From positions 1 through 58,034 of the forward strand of contig NW_002060986.1 of the NCBI RefSeq assembly GCF_000150275.1: a DNA stretch of 58,034 nucleotides, in the 5' to 3' direction. The position numbers were made by a program, and so were the translations under genes. The stretch is from Trichoplax adhaerens (Eukaryota > Animalia > Placozoa). Shown piece by piece: positions 43,761-58,034 of this stretch (position 1 is the first letter of the stretch; every line of letters starts with the position of its first letter). A model generated the notes under the pieces. That model was given only the letters and a program-made list of their open reading frames with translations, did no database searches and was not told the DNA's origin.

Positions 43761-46700
43761 ATTTAAAAAAGAAATTGACTTTAGATTGCAAAGCGACGGT
43801 AATGGCAAGGTAGGGAGTAAAGCGATAGTTACTGGGATAATATAGAGCTTACTTCAATATCGAATTGTAGGGCAATTTTTTTGCATTTATTTATTCTACA
43901 ACTGTTGGGCAATAATCACCATGTCCGATGTCAGGCCATCTCGATTGCTAGCCGGCATAAGGTAGATTAGCGGGACTACTAAAGATTGATTAGTTTCTGC
44001 CTCTCTGGTACTCGGTACTGTCAATATAGTAGTCTTAACTATCTAAGCAACTAACTTTAAGCACTCTTTAATCTACCAAACTTAGATTCGAGTCTTAGAC
44101 GTTACAATATTCACGTTAAGAATCAAGACTTTATTCTAAAAGCTATTGATTTAAATGGTTGATTGAACTCACAAATTACAATCTCCTAACAACTCATAAC
44201 CATATGTTATCGACTAACTAACTTATTAACTCCCTCAATTAAGAACTTTGAGGCTTTCACATAGCCTCATAAACTTCGTTGGTGCAAAACAATAATAAAT
44301 TTATAGCCGAGTCCACTGTACATACTGAATATAGCAAGAATCACAACACACTTTCTATGACGTCGAATAGTAGTTAATTAATGGCTAGGTGTTAACATAG
44401 GATTCATTACTCAATAAAATTATATCATTGATGGCGCAATGATTAATTGATGATAACAGAAGATTTGCTTTATGATCGAATTTCCAAGAATAACCTGATA
44501 CTGTCTGTCTGGATGGCCAAATTATTAATGTGGATTCCATAGATTTAATAGCTTAAAATAAGGAATAATTCAATCTAAATGTAGATCAATTCGACTAGTT
44601 ATATCTTCATTGATGTAACATGTTAATATACTGTAGCTTAAAACGCGCGTATCAATGAGATTGAATTAATTATTGTTGCGAGTTCAATTGAACGAGCAGA
44701 TCTATGGTATAAAGTTTAAAAATAGGATTGCTTCATATGAAGCTTTGTGGATATATAAAGATAATGCCTTGTTTATATAAGTCTATTTTCTACGACGTAC
44801 AATATCTTCTTAGCCCCTTGCAAATTAATGATAATTATGTATATGTTACGTCAGTCCTAGAGAAACAACCAATCCTAGGAAATATATTTAAATCTTAAGT
44901 TTTACTATTATGATATCATCCTAGGTAGTGGACAATTTCGCTTGGAAAGATAAGACTTATTTTGTATCTTTAGCAGCTCCAAATAATATTCAAAATATTT
45001 ACGATATTGACTAGTAGAAGCCTATATTTATCGTAATCTGCAATTTGTCTGGCAGGAAGTGTTGATCAAGATACAAAAATTTGACTCGATAAGATCAATT
45101 CACGAATGATTCATATATTATATTGATTTTACATACTAAGGCATAAAATTTCGATTTTAATGATATAAATGAAAGTTATATCATTCAATGAAGAATTTTC
45201 CACTGCATCTTAATGTATATGTACACGAGCATTTCTATATAATCAACAAATTAAGTGTTTAGCCTGTCTATAGCTACTTATTCCGACATCACTTAGTTCT
45301 GCGGGCCCTAGATATGCTCCAATTATAAAGTAAAAAGTAGCAGTGCGTATAATACCCAAGGCATAATGAGCATACTGTATGTTCGACTAGTTTACATAGT
45401 AACGAAGACTCTACAGAACAATCTTTTGCTCTGCTTTGCTGTAATGATCGGCAATAGTTAAGTATCAATAAATTGACAAAATAAATTGTACTGGCGAACC
45501 ACACTGTGATCTATTATACTGTCATATACTGTAGCATTTACTGCTTATGATGCATACAAGAATGGATATATCCTATTCAGAAATCATGAACATTAATTTA
45601 GTGGTATACTTCATAAGCTATTGATATGGCCATATGACTACACTAACATTAATCAATCAACTCAATTTGGTTTCATTATTGAATCCTCCTATGCAACATC
45701 CGATGGCAATCTAAGCAATATAACTTCCTATTGAAGTATACGGCACACTATTTTAATTAAACTTGAATAAAATTGACAACTTTTTATCTGCGATTAAATT
45801 GAAAAGAGTAAGCAAGGAGGTAAAGTAAAAGTGTCGGAAAATTTGAATTGTCCTACACAGCTTTTCTAGCGTTCAGTATACGTGTGGTATGTGGTAGCAG
45901 TGGTAACCTATAAGAGTACATCTTTTCTTAAGCGAATTTTGCATGGCAAAGAGATTAAAATATAGTTTGCACGCATTATACTATTTATAGACAGTAGTCA
46001 CAGTACTATGTTGATGAATCAGTTATTGTTGCTATCCACGTGCTGTATTTGAATTTTGCTTTTAGAATATGCAGTTTGTTTCGTTTCTTAAACGATTTTT
46101 TTACTGTTCTGGCTCTTCTTGGTGTTTTAGTGGATCAAGTCTATACTCGTTTTTCGTATCTTTCTTCTTGCCGGAAGTAATAAAAACATTTTCTATTTGT
46201 AGAGCTATTAGAGATCTCTATTTGCAGCTGGAAATGCAACAATAACACCATATTACAAAAGTAGTTTCGAAACATTACGAAACATTTGCGTCTGTGGTTA
46301 TATAGGTCAAAAACAGCGATTCGGAAATACTTCACTGATTTTATTCTATTGTTAAATCGTCATATTTGGGCACTGTATTGCTTTTTAGAGGTGGATTTCA
46401 TACGTTTATTCATATGTAATAATTCCCTATCACGATAGAATGGTATATAATAAAAAATAAATGTGATAGAATGACAAAATATAAAGCCTACGTAATAGAA
46501 TGCCGTAAAATAAAAGCATACGTGCATACTTTCACTGAGTGTTGTGTAGATGTTGACCTTCATCCGGCGGATAATAATATATCTTAGAATAATCACGATA
46601 TCCACATTAATTCTACGCAATTCCTGTTTCATGCTTACGGACAGGAATGATTTTTTGCGTTATGACTTTAAGGTTACGTTAATAAGTATTTCCTTAAACA

Positions 46701-48346
46701 TTAACATTGTGCTTAATCGTGATGTTATAGTAAATCACTCAGAAATTTTGCCTTATTGACAGAGCATTCAGGATGAATTATTTTATAAGAGGTTAGTCTT
46801 GCTATGCAATATAATAAAAATGAGAAGTTGCATAGTGGTCAATAAAAAAGTGCTGTATGAGGAGAAGGGTTTACAAGAAATATGGAAAAAAGCTACAGCA
46901 GTCATTGCTGATAAAGAGGAGAATAGCAAAAATATCGGGCTAGTACTGTATATGTGCAAACATACTACATAACGTAATAATTGGCTACGATTACTATTAC
47001 CGTTACAATAACTTGTAAAGATTGAATTTTGTGGATTTCAGATTGAAGGCACTACGGCTAAGAAAATAACCCTATAAATCTGATATAAAGTAATACTGTG
47101 CCAATAGAGATTTTGAAGTGCTGGTAACACTACTTTGAAAAGGGGTTTTTCCAAGGTTGCCCTGAATTTCAATTTCCTTATTATGGCCTAGTCTTCGTAA
47201 ATACTGGTATGGATACGCTAATGATAAAAGGAATTGCTAAAAAGAATGAAAAAGAGTACAAGTTCTTACGCTTGCGTGACATAATATTACCTTTCTAGTA
47301 AGATATTTTATAAGAAGCAGACGATCAGACAGTTGTAATATCCGGGGCTCCAGACACCATTTAAGGTTTTTCTATTGAAAAAGGCTTAGAGACAACTTCC
47401 AGCTAATTTAAACGCTACCAATATTAATAGCATTGTTGATAGTGGCATTCGGCATTTACGTCCGAAAGTAAAATAAACAAAAGCAATTTAATATTCTCAG
47501 TTTACAGAATAGATCAAATTGATTAGCGCTATCTAGTAAAATATTGCCTATCTCACTACAAAAGCTAACTCTTTCCAATGTTGGAAAATAATAAAAAAAT
47601 TTTACATTCCAATATACTGTATGAATAAAATTTACGCATCATCAAATGTTGTAAACTATCCGATTGGCTAGATACACATGGCGCTATCATCTAGCATAAA
47701 ATACCACCCACAGGCAACAACCGATACATTTGGTAGCATCATGGATATCACTACCTTTATGACCGCTGTCGAATTGAATTCAAATATAGATCAAACTTAA
47801 TACCGGTGTTCTTTAATAAGGATATTTATTAAAATAAAACCAGGTTATTTATTTAAATATTATAATGGTTGCAGAGTAGTAATTGAAGGGAAATCAATGG
47901 ATTTCTAGATTATGCTGTTACTAAAATAATGGATACTTTCACGGGTGCAGTTAATGAAAAAATAAACGTTCGATCGCCTTTTATCATTTATTTATTTATA
48001 CATTTGGTCTTGATTTAAAATTGACTTCTCTGATACTGAGATTATCAGTAAATCACATTCCGATTACTTTCATACATTATTTAATTCACTTTAAAATGTG
48101 CATGAAAACTATATGACGAATTTATCTTCGTATCTAGTTATATTGCTAGAATAAAGAAATAGATTTCTGAATGAAAAATCCAGACTATAGTAATTTTTGA
48201 TTAATGCGTACGCGTGCAGGCAATCTCGAATACACAATAATTTATGCTATCTAATTAATAATGTGGATATGCTGTAAATTCTACTATGTCGTATGTGTTG
48301 AGAAGTAAAAAATATTCTGACCGACCGATGGTCTCTCACTATGATT

Positions 48347-48581
48347 AAATTTTAAATTTCATGCCTATTGTCTAGGTGAATTTTTCAATAGATTATTTTG
48401 CTAAAGGATATGAATCATATTATCTGATTACGCTGTATCACAAGAAAAGTATCAAACATCACCAATACAGTCTACATAGCGAGTAAAAGAAGTGCTGACT
48501 TATCTAATTTAAAATTCATGCCTATTATCAGGTGAACTTTGGAATAGATTATTTGGCTAAATGACAGAAATCCTATAATCT
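48347..48581. repeat. Degenerate direct repeat of about 80 bp, copies about 160 bp apart
   Basis: TTCATGCCTATTGTCTAGGTGAATTTTTCAATAGATTATTTTGCTAAA versus TTCATGCCTATTATCAGGTGAACTTTGGAATAGATTATTTGGCTAAA. Confidence 0.7.
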
Positions 48582-49586
48582 CGCCTCCCTATGCCCTTGG
48601 AAGAACATCAAATATTAATGAATCTGACTACTTAAAAGCAATAGAAATAAATATAATATCACCTATTTATCCAATGGAAAGAAAGTGACTAATTTATTTT
48701 TTAACTACTTGAAGAACAAATACTTTATTTCAGTTGCTATGATGGAATATTTATGAGAAATTTTCACCGTGGGTTACGGTTGACTTCATTACATATACGA
48801 AACTATATACTGCAACGGATTGATTTAAAATAATTCTGCACTATTTTATTCATATTACGATAGTATTACTCAGTATGATAATAATGCTAATAAACGAAAT
48901 ACTGTTTTCTAAACATATTATCCCTATGCTAATAAAGAAATTGATAAATGTAATTGCAAGATTACATTTTCAATTAGGCATATTTTCATATTCTTTTATA
49001 ATACTTCACTTTAAATATCAAGATGTTTTTGATATTGAATAGATTCTTTATTCGAATGTTTTATAATTATCAATAATCAAAACGTTCTTTAACTTATGCA
49101 TTGATTAACATTTATTAAATGTATTATTTTTTATCAAGTAAATAGAATATTATTTCACACATTGAATTTTTTGTCAGTAGTGATGGTAAAAATTTAAATA
49201 AACTATTTTATGATAGGGTTATTCAAGTAAGGGGAATTTAATTGAATTTACAAATTAGAAATAAGCAGGAATTAATTTAAATGTTATTTTTTATTTGATC
49301 AAGAGTCTTGTGCTGGATTTTAAATTTGGTTTTATCAATTGGAAAATGGAATCAGCAGTCTTAGATATTATTATAGCAGCCTTTATTGGAGTGTAATTGT
49401 TATCGAGTTGTACGAATTTATCGTAGGTAGATTAATTGGTTAAAATTTGCTTTAATACAATTTTTCATCATTTAATGATAGCGCACCTATATTATATTGC
49501 TGTATCAGAGATATTGTACTGCATGCAGCAAATAGGTATACTAGATGTAATGAGTAAATCAGTAAGTGTAAATTTGAGAATGGTAT

Positions 49587-51376
49587 CTACCAAAAGTCTA
49601 CTTCAGTATCATCTCGTTCACTTTCCTGGCTTGCTTTGAAAGCTCCAAGGCCTTCCATTAAAAAAGTAGTGCAAACATATCTTCCCATGATACGATAGCA
49701 ACGAAATAGTGAGTTACAACATTTCATTCCATCGCTGCAATCACTGTTGCCTCTGTGACAAGTTGCCTGCTTTAATTAAAAAAAGAAAATATTTATTAAT
49801 TGAAACAATAACAATTTTTTAATATTGTAAATAAGTTGTGATTTTAGTGGGCTAGTAGCTGTTGAGCTGAATATTTACGACAAAATAAATTTAGTAAATT
49901 GTCCATATACATCCTAGACATAGCAATTTATCAGCTGATACTATGACTAGAAGAATACACAGAGCATTTTTATATCTTTCCATTTACAACGATTTCTTTT
50001 ACTTTAGAATACGTCTGATTTTGTAAAACATAAGAATAACATAATTTAAATCTAGGTAGATTGTTAACTAGTAAAATGTTAACATCAGCTCTAGTAACGA
50101 TAACAGTAAAATACTAATGATGAACTACAGTTTTAACTGATATAAGCTGTTGAAAATACAAATATATTCTAAATAATGAAATTCGGATTGCCTATTATCT
50201 AGCATAACCATCATTGGCATAGATTGATAGCTTATTCGAAATTGTTTGTTTTCCACTATCTAAGCAATGGCAATTAGTCATGACTTAGTGCCGAGTCAGT
50301 CTCTATTTGTTAATGGTTTTTGCATATGCTATAGCATGATACTATTCAAAATACTTAATGTCGGCTGTAATTAACTGATAGGGAAAATTTGAAAAAGGTT
50401 AACCAATATCTAAGTCAAGCTATAAATAAAAAAATATGCTGATAATAAAAACTAAAACATGACATGATATAGTATACCGGAACTGTAGTCGTAAGCGATA
50501 ATCTTTTAAGGCAACGAAGTTGCAGCATGTAGCCGTTATAAAATAATAATCAATCCAGCTGTTTTATCGCTTTAGTTAGTAATTTTTGTGATCCTAAAGT
50601 ATTGTAATAAATTTTTTATTCTAACTAAATATAATATGAATACATTATGTAAACTTACAATAAATCTCTCTAATTTACAATAACAGTCAAACAAATAATT
50701 AAAAATTACATCGGTATAAGTTTTGACAGCAAATGAAAAAGCTGAAGGAAGATTTAGCGTCAACAATATAATGCAATATGGTGGTTAAATAAATTTCATG
50801 CTATTGTCTTATTAAATAATAGATAAGTCAACTATAGCAACTATATCTTATCAGCATGTCAGCGAGGATAAGAGTGTCATCAATTATAATGATAATATAG
50901 ATTTAGCACAAACTAAAAATATGTTTCCGAGCTATACAGGAGATGAAAATTTAGTTCGCTAATTGTTCAGCTGGAAATAATATTTATTCCTAAATTTCTA
51001 TTGGAAATTAATGCCTGACTGCTTGGGATGACATTAGTAACTAAATAATGAATATAATGTATGCTATTTTTAATATGAGCAAAATGGTGACAATATTGAT
51101 GGATGTGTTTATCAGCCTCTAAATGTTAACACTTACTGTTTCATTTTGGGTAGTTGCTTCCGTAAATTGTGATGGTGTAGTTGGCTTAACCTCGTCTTCA
51201 TTATATTGCTCATCTTTTGGTGAGTAATTATTGAATTTATTTTTTCCATAATTTTTACTTTTATATGGCATTTCAATATCGTCTAGATCAATATCTAAAA
51301 CTCTGCGACATTGACTTTCAACAATAATGGTCAGCAGAAGGGCACTTATTAAAATTTTCATGGATGTAGAATTCAT
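49587..51376 (-). CDS. Secreted precursor with a C-terminal inhibitor-cystine-knot (knottin)-like peptide
   Basis: Exon 51137-51376 has a signal peptide (MKILISALLLTIIVES) and an acidic/Thr-rich region ending in a GTAAGT donor. Exon 49587-49769 follows a polypyrimidine tract and AAG/CAG acceptor and reads QATCHRGNSDCSDGMKCCNSLFRCYRIMGRYVCTTFLMEGLGAFKASQESERDDTEVDFW*, in compatible phase 0. An intervening small exon cannot be excluded. Confidence 0.75.
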
Positions 51377-54292
51377 ATTGTAATAGAATTAACCTAAATG
51401 CCATTCGGGAATCAATAATATAGAATATACGATTAAACAACAGATTCTAAAATTTGGCGTCTTTTATATAATCTTTTAAATGTGTATGATTAATACAGAC
51501 ATAATTAGTAAGCTTAATCTTAATAAAATAGAAAGTTCTTTGGAGAAGTTACAATATCAAATAATGCAGTAAATTAATTATTAAGCGTTATCTTTCATCT
51601 AATTTTTTAATCTACTTATTTCTAGTTTATTCTCTATCCGTATTGATACATTTTAAATATATTGAGAGCTGAAATGAGTATCTTATTTGATGAGATTCTA
51701 AATTGAAATAACAAAACTAGGGCTACGCTATGTAACGTTGATAGCTAAGATATTTTGCTGATCTTAAATATGCCGTATTCTATATAATTCTAAAAATTAT
51801 CCCAAAGCAACTGTTATCAATTTTTGGAAGGAAGACGAAGGAAAATTTTCGACCCAATTAGGATGCTCTTATCAAAGCATATACTTAGTATTATGATAGT
51901 CATAACGGTATTCAAGTCAAGACTTGTAAGTTACTGTTATTGCATAAGAGATATAGCAGCAAGAAAATTTGCAGAATGGAAGAAGCTTACCAGATAGATT
52001 TGATGGCAAAGTCCTAGATATGGAAATGATTTTTCTTTTAAAGTTACTAAGGATAGTTTGGTCCAATGTTGACTGTTTAGTTAGATAAGGTTAATCTATG
52101 GCGATACACGACTTTTATACCTTTTTGTAGCAAAATAAACTCTATTGAAATTATATTCAGGACGTGGAAATGAATGGATCTGAGAATGATCTTGATTGAC
52201 ATGAACCAAGATCAGTATTAATTGCTTCAATCCGGAAATAAAAAGATTTAGATACTATCTTTTTTTCTTCTCTACCGATGAATTGACTTGGTAGCACCTG
52301 TCAAGTAAGATGTTGGCTTAAAAAATTTATGAACAATATCTACAAAAGGAATTGCCTTGGATCTGACGCAATCATCCTTCTTAATCAATTATAGAACATC
52401 AGATTTGCAGTGGCTCTGAATAGATAATTTCACTTTGACTTTTGTTTCTTTTAATTTATTCTACTTGAATTCTTTTCTAGTAGATCCTCTATATAGGCTT
52501 TATTAATTTATTCTCTTTATGTTTTGTCTATATATGAACAATTTAGTCTAAATTTTCATTTAATATAGATTGTAAAATATAATCAAATTGGCTATTAAAT
52601 TGTATTGTATATTGAACAGTTAATCTATCGTATCGAATCCATTATTTTCATTAATTTAGGAAAGATAGCATTAGACTATTTTTAACCTTTAACTTCCAAA
52701 TTTAACTGTCTACAAATTGAGTACTAGAACTTTAACTTGATTGCTCCCTTTACGAGCTTAATAATTAAATCAGATTGAACTTTCATTATTTCTTTATTAA
52801 TTCTATTATTGAGACGGGCCTAGTAAAACATTTGCTATTTTTAAACTTTCCTTAGTTAGCGCTTTATGCCGTTTAGAATAGATAATAATGTGCATCACAA
52901 GCGATTTTAAGAACTCATTCAAGATTCCATTTTGAGAAATAGTGTACGACTATGAAGCACAGCTATTGTCCAACCGACGCAGAGCAGAATGAGTATCGTC
53001 ATCATTATATCTAACTGCAATTCCACTTCATTTAACGCCTAATGATACAATGGTGCACTTTTGTAGAATATGAGAAAAAAACTAAATGGATTATGTTTTT
53101 ACTTTGTCTACTACACTATAAAATTTCAATTTAATGAATTCTTACGCCTTTTTCACCTCATGCGGATCGTCCTTATCAGAATTTGCATTTCTTAGAATAT
53201 ACTATTACGTTTGTACTCCATCATACCGACATTGCATAATCACGGTATGGCGTAAGATAGAGACTTTACTTTTTATAATATAGCGCATTTGTAGCTAATG
53301 TTTATAGTTAATTTGATTTAAAAAAATATACAATTGAAGTGAAACTATAAACGAAAACATTATATTTTAGTTCTTTTCTGGCAATCTTACCTGTAAATCA
53401 GATGATTGTTTACACAATCTCAAATAGATTTTACTATTTGCCAAAGTTGAATTGATCACTGTATTACGATCTTTTCTCACTTTCGTAAATAATTAAATGA
53501 TTTAATTTAAGAAAATCTGGCATGTTACATCGTCACATTGAATCTTAGTTAGCTAAATTGCGAGATCAAGTTCGATGATTCTATCTATTATTAGAATTGC
53601 GATAATAGCGATAACGGTGACAAATTCATTATGAGATATTCGCAGAAAAATTGACGTTAATCTTTAAAGATACAATGACAGCCCTGAATCTGGTCGAAAA
53701 CTAAGATCGTATGGATGCGGGAAGAATACGTATTACTTCCGGTCAATTTTACCATCCATTTCGGTTTATCAAGTCTGGTCTATTTATAACTGCTTTAACA
53801 GTTATTAAAACAACGATTTGTTAAATGCCATGGCTGGAGTTTTAGTTTAGTGAATTTAAGGATTTAATATGGCATCTTTTAGATAGGCAGGAATAACACA
53901 TCTACTCGTGAGAGTTTTCACACAACAATGATTCATTTTTATATCATAGTTATATTTTTATCGTAAAAAATATTTTCGATCTGAATAATTGATATTTATC
54001 TGTTACTATCTAAGCCTAATACAGAATAACATTTAAATTATCTGCAAGCCGAGATAGTAATTGTGCGATAGCAATTTCTAATTAAATTTGCTACGCATGC
54101 ATTGCATTTCGCTTTATTTATCTACAAGATTCATGATCGTACGATAACCTTACTATTTTTCACGATTTGAAATAATTCAGTAATGTGAAATAATTGATCA
54201 ACATTACGTTTATAATTTTTTTAGATTAAGTTCTATTAAATTAACTAAAATCATTCTAAAAAATAAATTTAATAGCATTAGAAAGCGTAGGG

Positions 54293-55227
54293 NNNNNNNN
54301 NNNNNNNNNNNNNNNNNNNNNNNNNNNNNNNNNNNNNNNNNNNNNNNNNNNNNNNNNNNNNNNNNNNNNNNNNNNNNNNNNNNNNNNNNNNNNNNNNNNN
54401 NNNNNNNNNNNNNNNNNNNNNNNNNNNNNNNNNNNNNNNNNNNNNNNNNNNNNNNNNNNNNNNNNNNNNNNNNNNNNNNNNNNNNNNNNNNNNNNNNNNN
54501 NNNNNNNNNNNNNNNNNNNNNNNNNNNNNNNNNNNNNNNNNNNNNNNNNNNNNNNNNNNNNNNNNNNNNNNNNNNNNNNNNNNNNNNNNNNNNNNNNNNN
54601 NNNNNNNNNNNNNNNNNNNNNNNNNNNNNNNNNNNNNNNNNNNNNNNNNNNNNNNNNNNNNNNNNNNNNNNNNNNNNNNNNNNNNNNNNNNNNNNNNNNN
54701 NNNNNNNNNNNNNNNNNNNNNNNNNNNNNNNNNNNNNNNNNNNNNNNNNNNNNNNNNNNNNNNNNNNNNNNNNNNNNNNNNNNNNNNNNNNNNNNNNNNN
54801 NNNNNNNNNNNNNNNNNNNNNNNNNNNNNNNNNNNNNNNNNNNNNNNNNNNNNNNNNNNNNNNNNNNNNNNNNNNNNNNNNNNNNNNNNNNNNNNNNNNN
54901 NNNNNNNNNNNNNNNNNNNNNNNNNNNNNNNNNNNNNNNNNNNNNNNNNNNNNNNNNNNNNNNNNNNNNNNNNNNNNNNNNNNNNNNNNNNNNNNNNNNN
55001 NNNNNNNNNNNNNNNNNNNNNNNNNNNNNNNNNNNNNNNNNNNNNNNNNNNNNNNNNNNNNNNNNNNNNNNNNNNNNNNNNNNNNNNNNNNNNNNNNNNN
55101 NNNNNNNNNNNNNNNNNNNNNNNNNNNNNNNNNNNNNNNNNNNNNNNNNNNNNNNNNNNNNNNNNNNNNNNNNNNNNNNNNNNNNNNNNNNNNNNNNNNN
55201 NNNNNNNNNNNNNNNNNNNNNNNNNNN
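54293..55227. other. Assembly gap
   Basis: Run of N. Confidence 0.99.
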
Positions 55228-55445
55228 ATTGGATATTGAGACAACAGTAACAGTGTCCAGTTAATAGTATTTGCAGTCTGTTTCGCAATAGTATTAGCGA
55301 CAATACATTTACTTAGCATAATAAGAGAATAACATTGATATATCAGTAATGCAAAATTTTGGTAGAAATGGATATCTAAGCTTAAGCTGCCTACTCTTTT
55401 ATTATTCGAAGGTATACGAAATATTTTACCGTATCAGTAGCTCCT

Positions 55446-55495
55446 NNNNNNNNNNNNNNNNNNNNNNNNNNNNNNNNNNNNNNNNNNNNNNNNNN
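55446..55495. other. Assembly gap (50 N)
   Basis: Run of N. Confidence 0.99.
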
Positions 55496-58034
55496 TAATA
55501 TCGAATATTTTTCCATATTATTCGAATTAATCACTTTCTAACTTCAAACATAAATTGTACCGCTACATAGAGGAAATTGCTAGAGTATAAGATAATACTG
55601 GATTGTTTTATAGAAATCTTAACTCTTCTAATTAATTTCTACGTGATCATTCATATTTTGCTAATAACACGAGTAAGCGTTTATGAATAGAAAGCATCTA
55701 GAATACCTCAGATATCTTACCTAGCTACAATAAAATAAGATTACGAAAATGTTAAGTACAATACAATTGAAAAGTTTTCTATGCATCAAATAATATACTA
55801 AATAATTATGAATCTTTTATACCGATCGAATTTGCTTCAAATACAGAAAAACAAATTCGAATTAATGTAAACAGGCTGCTATTTGATAAATAGTGTGAAG
55901 TAGAGCCGATTCATAATTATAATTACTTTATGCTCAATCTTACGTATCGTTAAAAATTAAAGAGGTCGCGTATAGTTTACGTAGTTATTCGGTTATAAAA
56001 TAAAAATTTTACAAATTTTTGACTTCATGATAATAATACACGTATTAATACGCATCTAGCACCCTGACAACACTAAAGTGACGGCACAAAGTGCTTTACT
56101 ACGATTAGATCATTTCTATTTTAAAAATGCATTAGTTATTGTTAAAAACTAGAATGTCAAACGCAATTACATTTGGTTACGTATTTAATTGATAGTTTAT
56201 TTATTTTGAAAGAAGCATTCAGGTAACTTATCGCAATCACAAATATGCTTGCGTCTCAACAAACTATATAGTAAGTTAATTTATTAAAATATAAGCGGTA
56301 TACTATGATTAATAGGAAAAGCAATGTCAAACGGAATTTATTATATGATTATTACTATTACTATTACTATGATTATTACTATTATGTAAAAATAATGCAA
56401 GCCATATCAGCGACTGAAAAATATTTAACATGGGCTATGGTGTAGAATTAATGTTTTCTTGTCATATCACTGTTACTATGTTTAAAGCAGGTGGCAATCA
56501 TTATTACCAACGTCAAGTTATAGAATTGCACCTTCCGTTACTGTTACATTTTATTAAGAATAATAACCAATTAAATCATGTTGACTATACTTATATAGAG
56601 CGGGTCTATTTTAATAGAACTTGTAAATGAAATAAAATGACTGCTACTTTGTCAGTAGATGGATATTTTTCCTATTATAGAGATTTTTAACTAAATATAT
56701 CATTTATATTTGGTTTTTTACTTATGCTTGGTAAATTGCGTTAGCACCTTAATGTTTAATTGCAACAGGAATAGTTGCTTTTGCAGAATGAACAATTGGT
56801 ATCTTGGAGATTCAATAAGTTACAATAATTAGACTTTTCGGATGTCCTGTATGGACTTATTGAAAATATTCCGTTTTTAAAAAACTAAATATACTATTCA
56901 TCTTTGATAGCTTGAGCTAATGGCATGTATCAATTTCTTATGGATTAGCATCAAATACATCCCTATGAAAATAACCTTTGCAATACCGACTTGCGGCTAT
57001 CGTCATTTCAGAAGGCTAAAAATATGAATTTACAATCGATATTTACACCGATTTCATTACATATATCACAGTTTTACATATAATTTAAAAATTACCAAAT
57101 TCTGTTTATTTACCAATAGCTTGTGCACCTTTTATGATTATAGATGTTCATCTAATAAAAATAAAATGTAATCCTGGCAGTTTTTTTCAAATGCATGAAG
57201 TGTATAAAGTTGGTAAATGCAAATGCGAAATGGAAAAAATATCGCTAGAAAAAATTAAGATGAAGTTTGATATAAAATCAGCATGCATAATTGTCTTTAA
57301 CAAAGAAACTCTATTAGCTACTATTATTTTCCGTTGTTAACAGGGAGTATGAATGCAAACGCAATAGAATTGTTGCTCATTGTGAGTGAAAGCTTAAAGG
57401 ATAAAAAATTATACCCTTTTCTCTAAATAAGTCACCTAGAATTTAAATCATTCAATTACGTATTAATTAAAATAAGAGAATTTCGTCTTCATCAAAGATT
57501 ATTCTTTTTGATCGAGTTAAATTTTTATGCTTAGAATTAATTTTAATCAAAACTATAGGATGATGAACTTGATATGTGTTCACAAAAGCATAAATTACTC
57601 AGTAGACAATCAAAATTCATGCATTGCGTAGACTAAAATATTGCAAATAAGCCCTATCAGGTTTTATTTATCTGACAATATCATTCCTTTAGTTTCATAT
57701 GTAGCCCTTTACAATGCATAAAATATTTGATTTGCCATTATTTACGAATTTAAGTCAATATCTTTTTGTGAGCGGTGGAATAAAATATACGGTAGTCGTA
57801 TTTACAATTCCGGAACAGGAATTGTAACCCATCCTGTTTATAGCTTTATCAGTTGTATGGATTGATAAGATTCCCTCCCTTCCAACTAGCTTTGCTGTAT
57901 TGATGGACTTGAATTCGATCGCGTATATGCCTTTATGTACTGCACAGCATTATTTAATAGAATAATAGTTTCTCAAACTTTGCTTTATTTAGAAGTTTTA
58001 GTTGGCTAGAATACCTCTTCATGGCGTAAATCCA

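Noticed and set aside
44000-49400. Short ORFs and a possible isolated minus-strand exon near 47291-47371
   Set aside because: AT-rich sequence with no recognisable motif and no consistent multi-exon model.
51500-58034. Short ORFs at 56430 and 57134 and possible upstream UTR exons of the knottin gene
   Set aside because: No coding signature or homology that I can recognise, and UTR exons cannot be placed without transcripts.

Overview
This is AT-rich, intron-dense eukaryotic genomic DNA from a draft assembly with three N gaps. Short GT-AG introns, the gene content and pervasive CAGTA/TACTG repeats suggest an early-branching animal, most likely the placozoan Trichoplax (inference). The left ~31 kb holds conserved housekeeping genes: LIG1 (+), an intronless BTG/Tob gene (-), Miro/RHOT (+), RPS15A (-), COX19 (+) and an intronless TEFM (-). 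Their intergenic and 5' regions are packed with TACTGTACAGTA-type repeats, tandem arrays and a Tc1/mariner-like TIR fragment. The right ~27 kb holds more lineage-specific genes: an IRAK/Pelle-family pseudokinase with an apparent MGNC lipidation start and no visible death domain (-), a divergently transcribed secreted, probably GPI-anchored Cys-rich protein with degenerate Frizzled-CRD similarity (+), a disabled mitochondrial-clan P450 (-), and a secreted precursor with an inhibitor-cystine-knot (knottin) exon that the ORF track misses (-). The top leads are a TEFM that keeps the full acidic RuvC/Cce1/Ydc2 resolvase active site, the plant-RLCK-like Pelle pseudokinase, and the knottin precursor. 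All exon models were read by eye, with no database searches.
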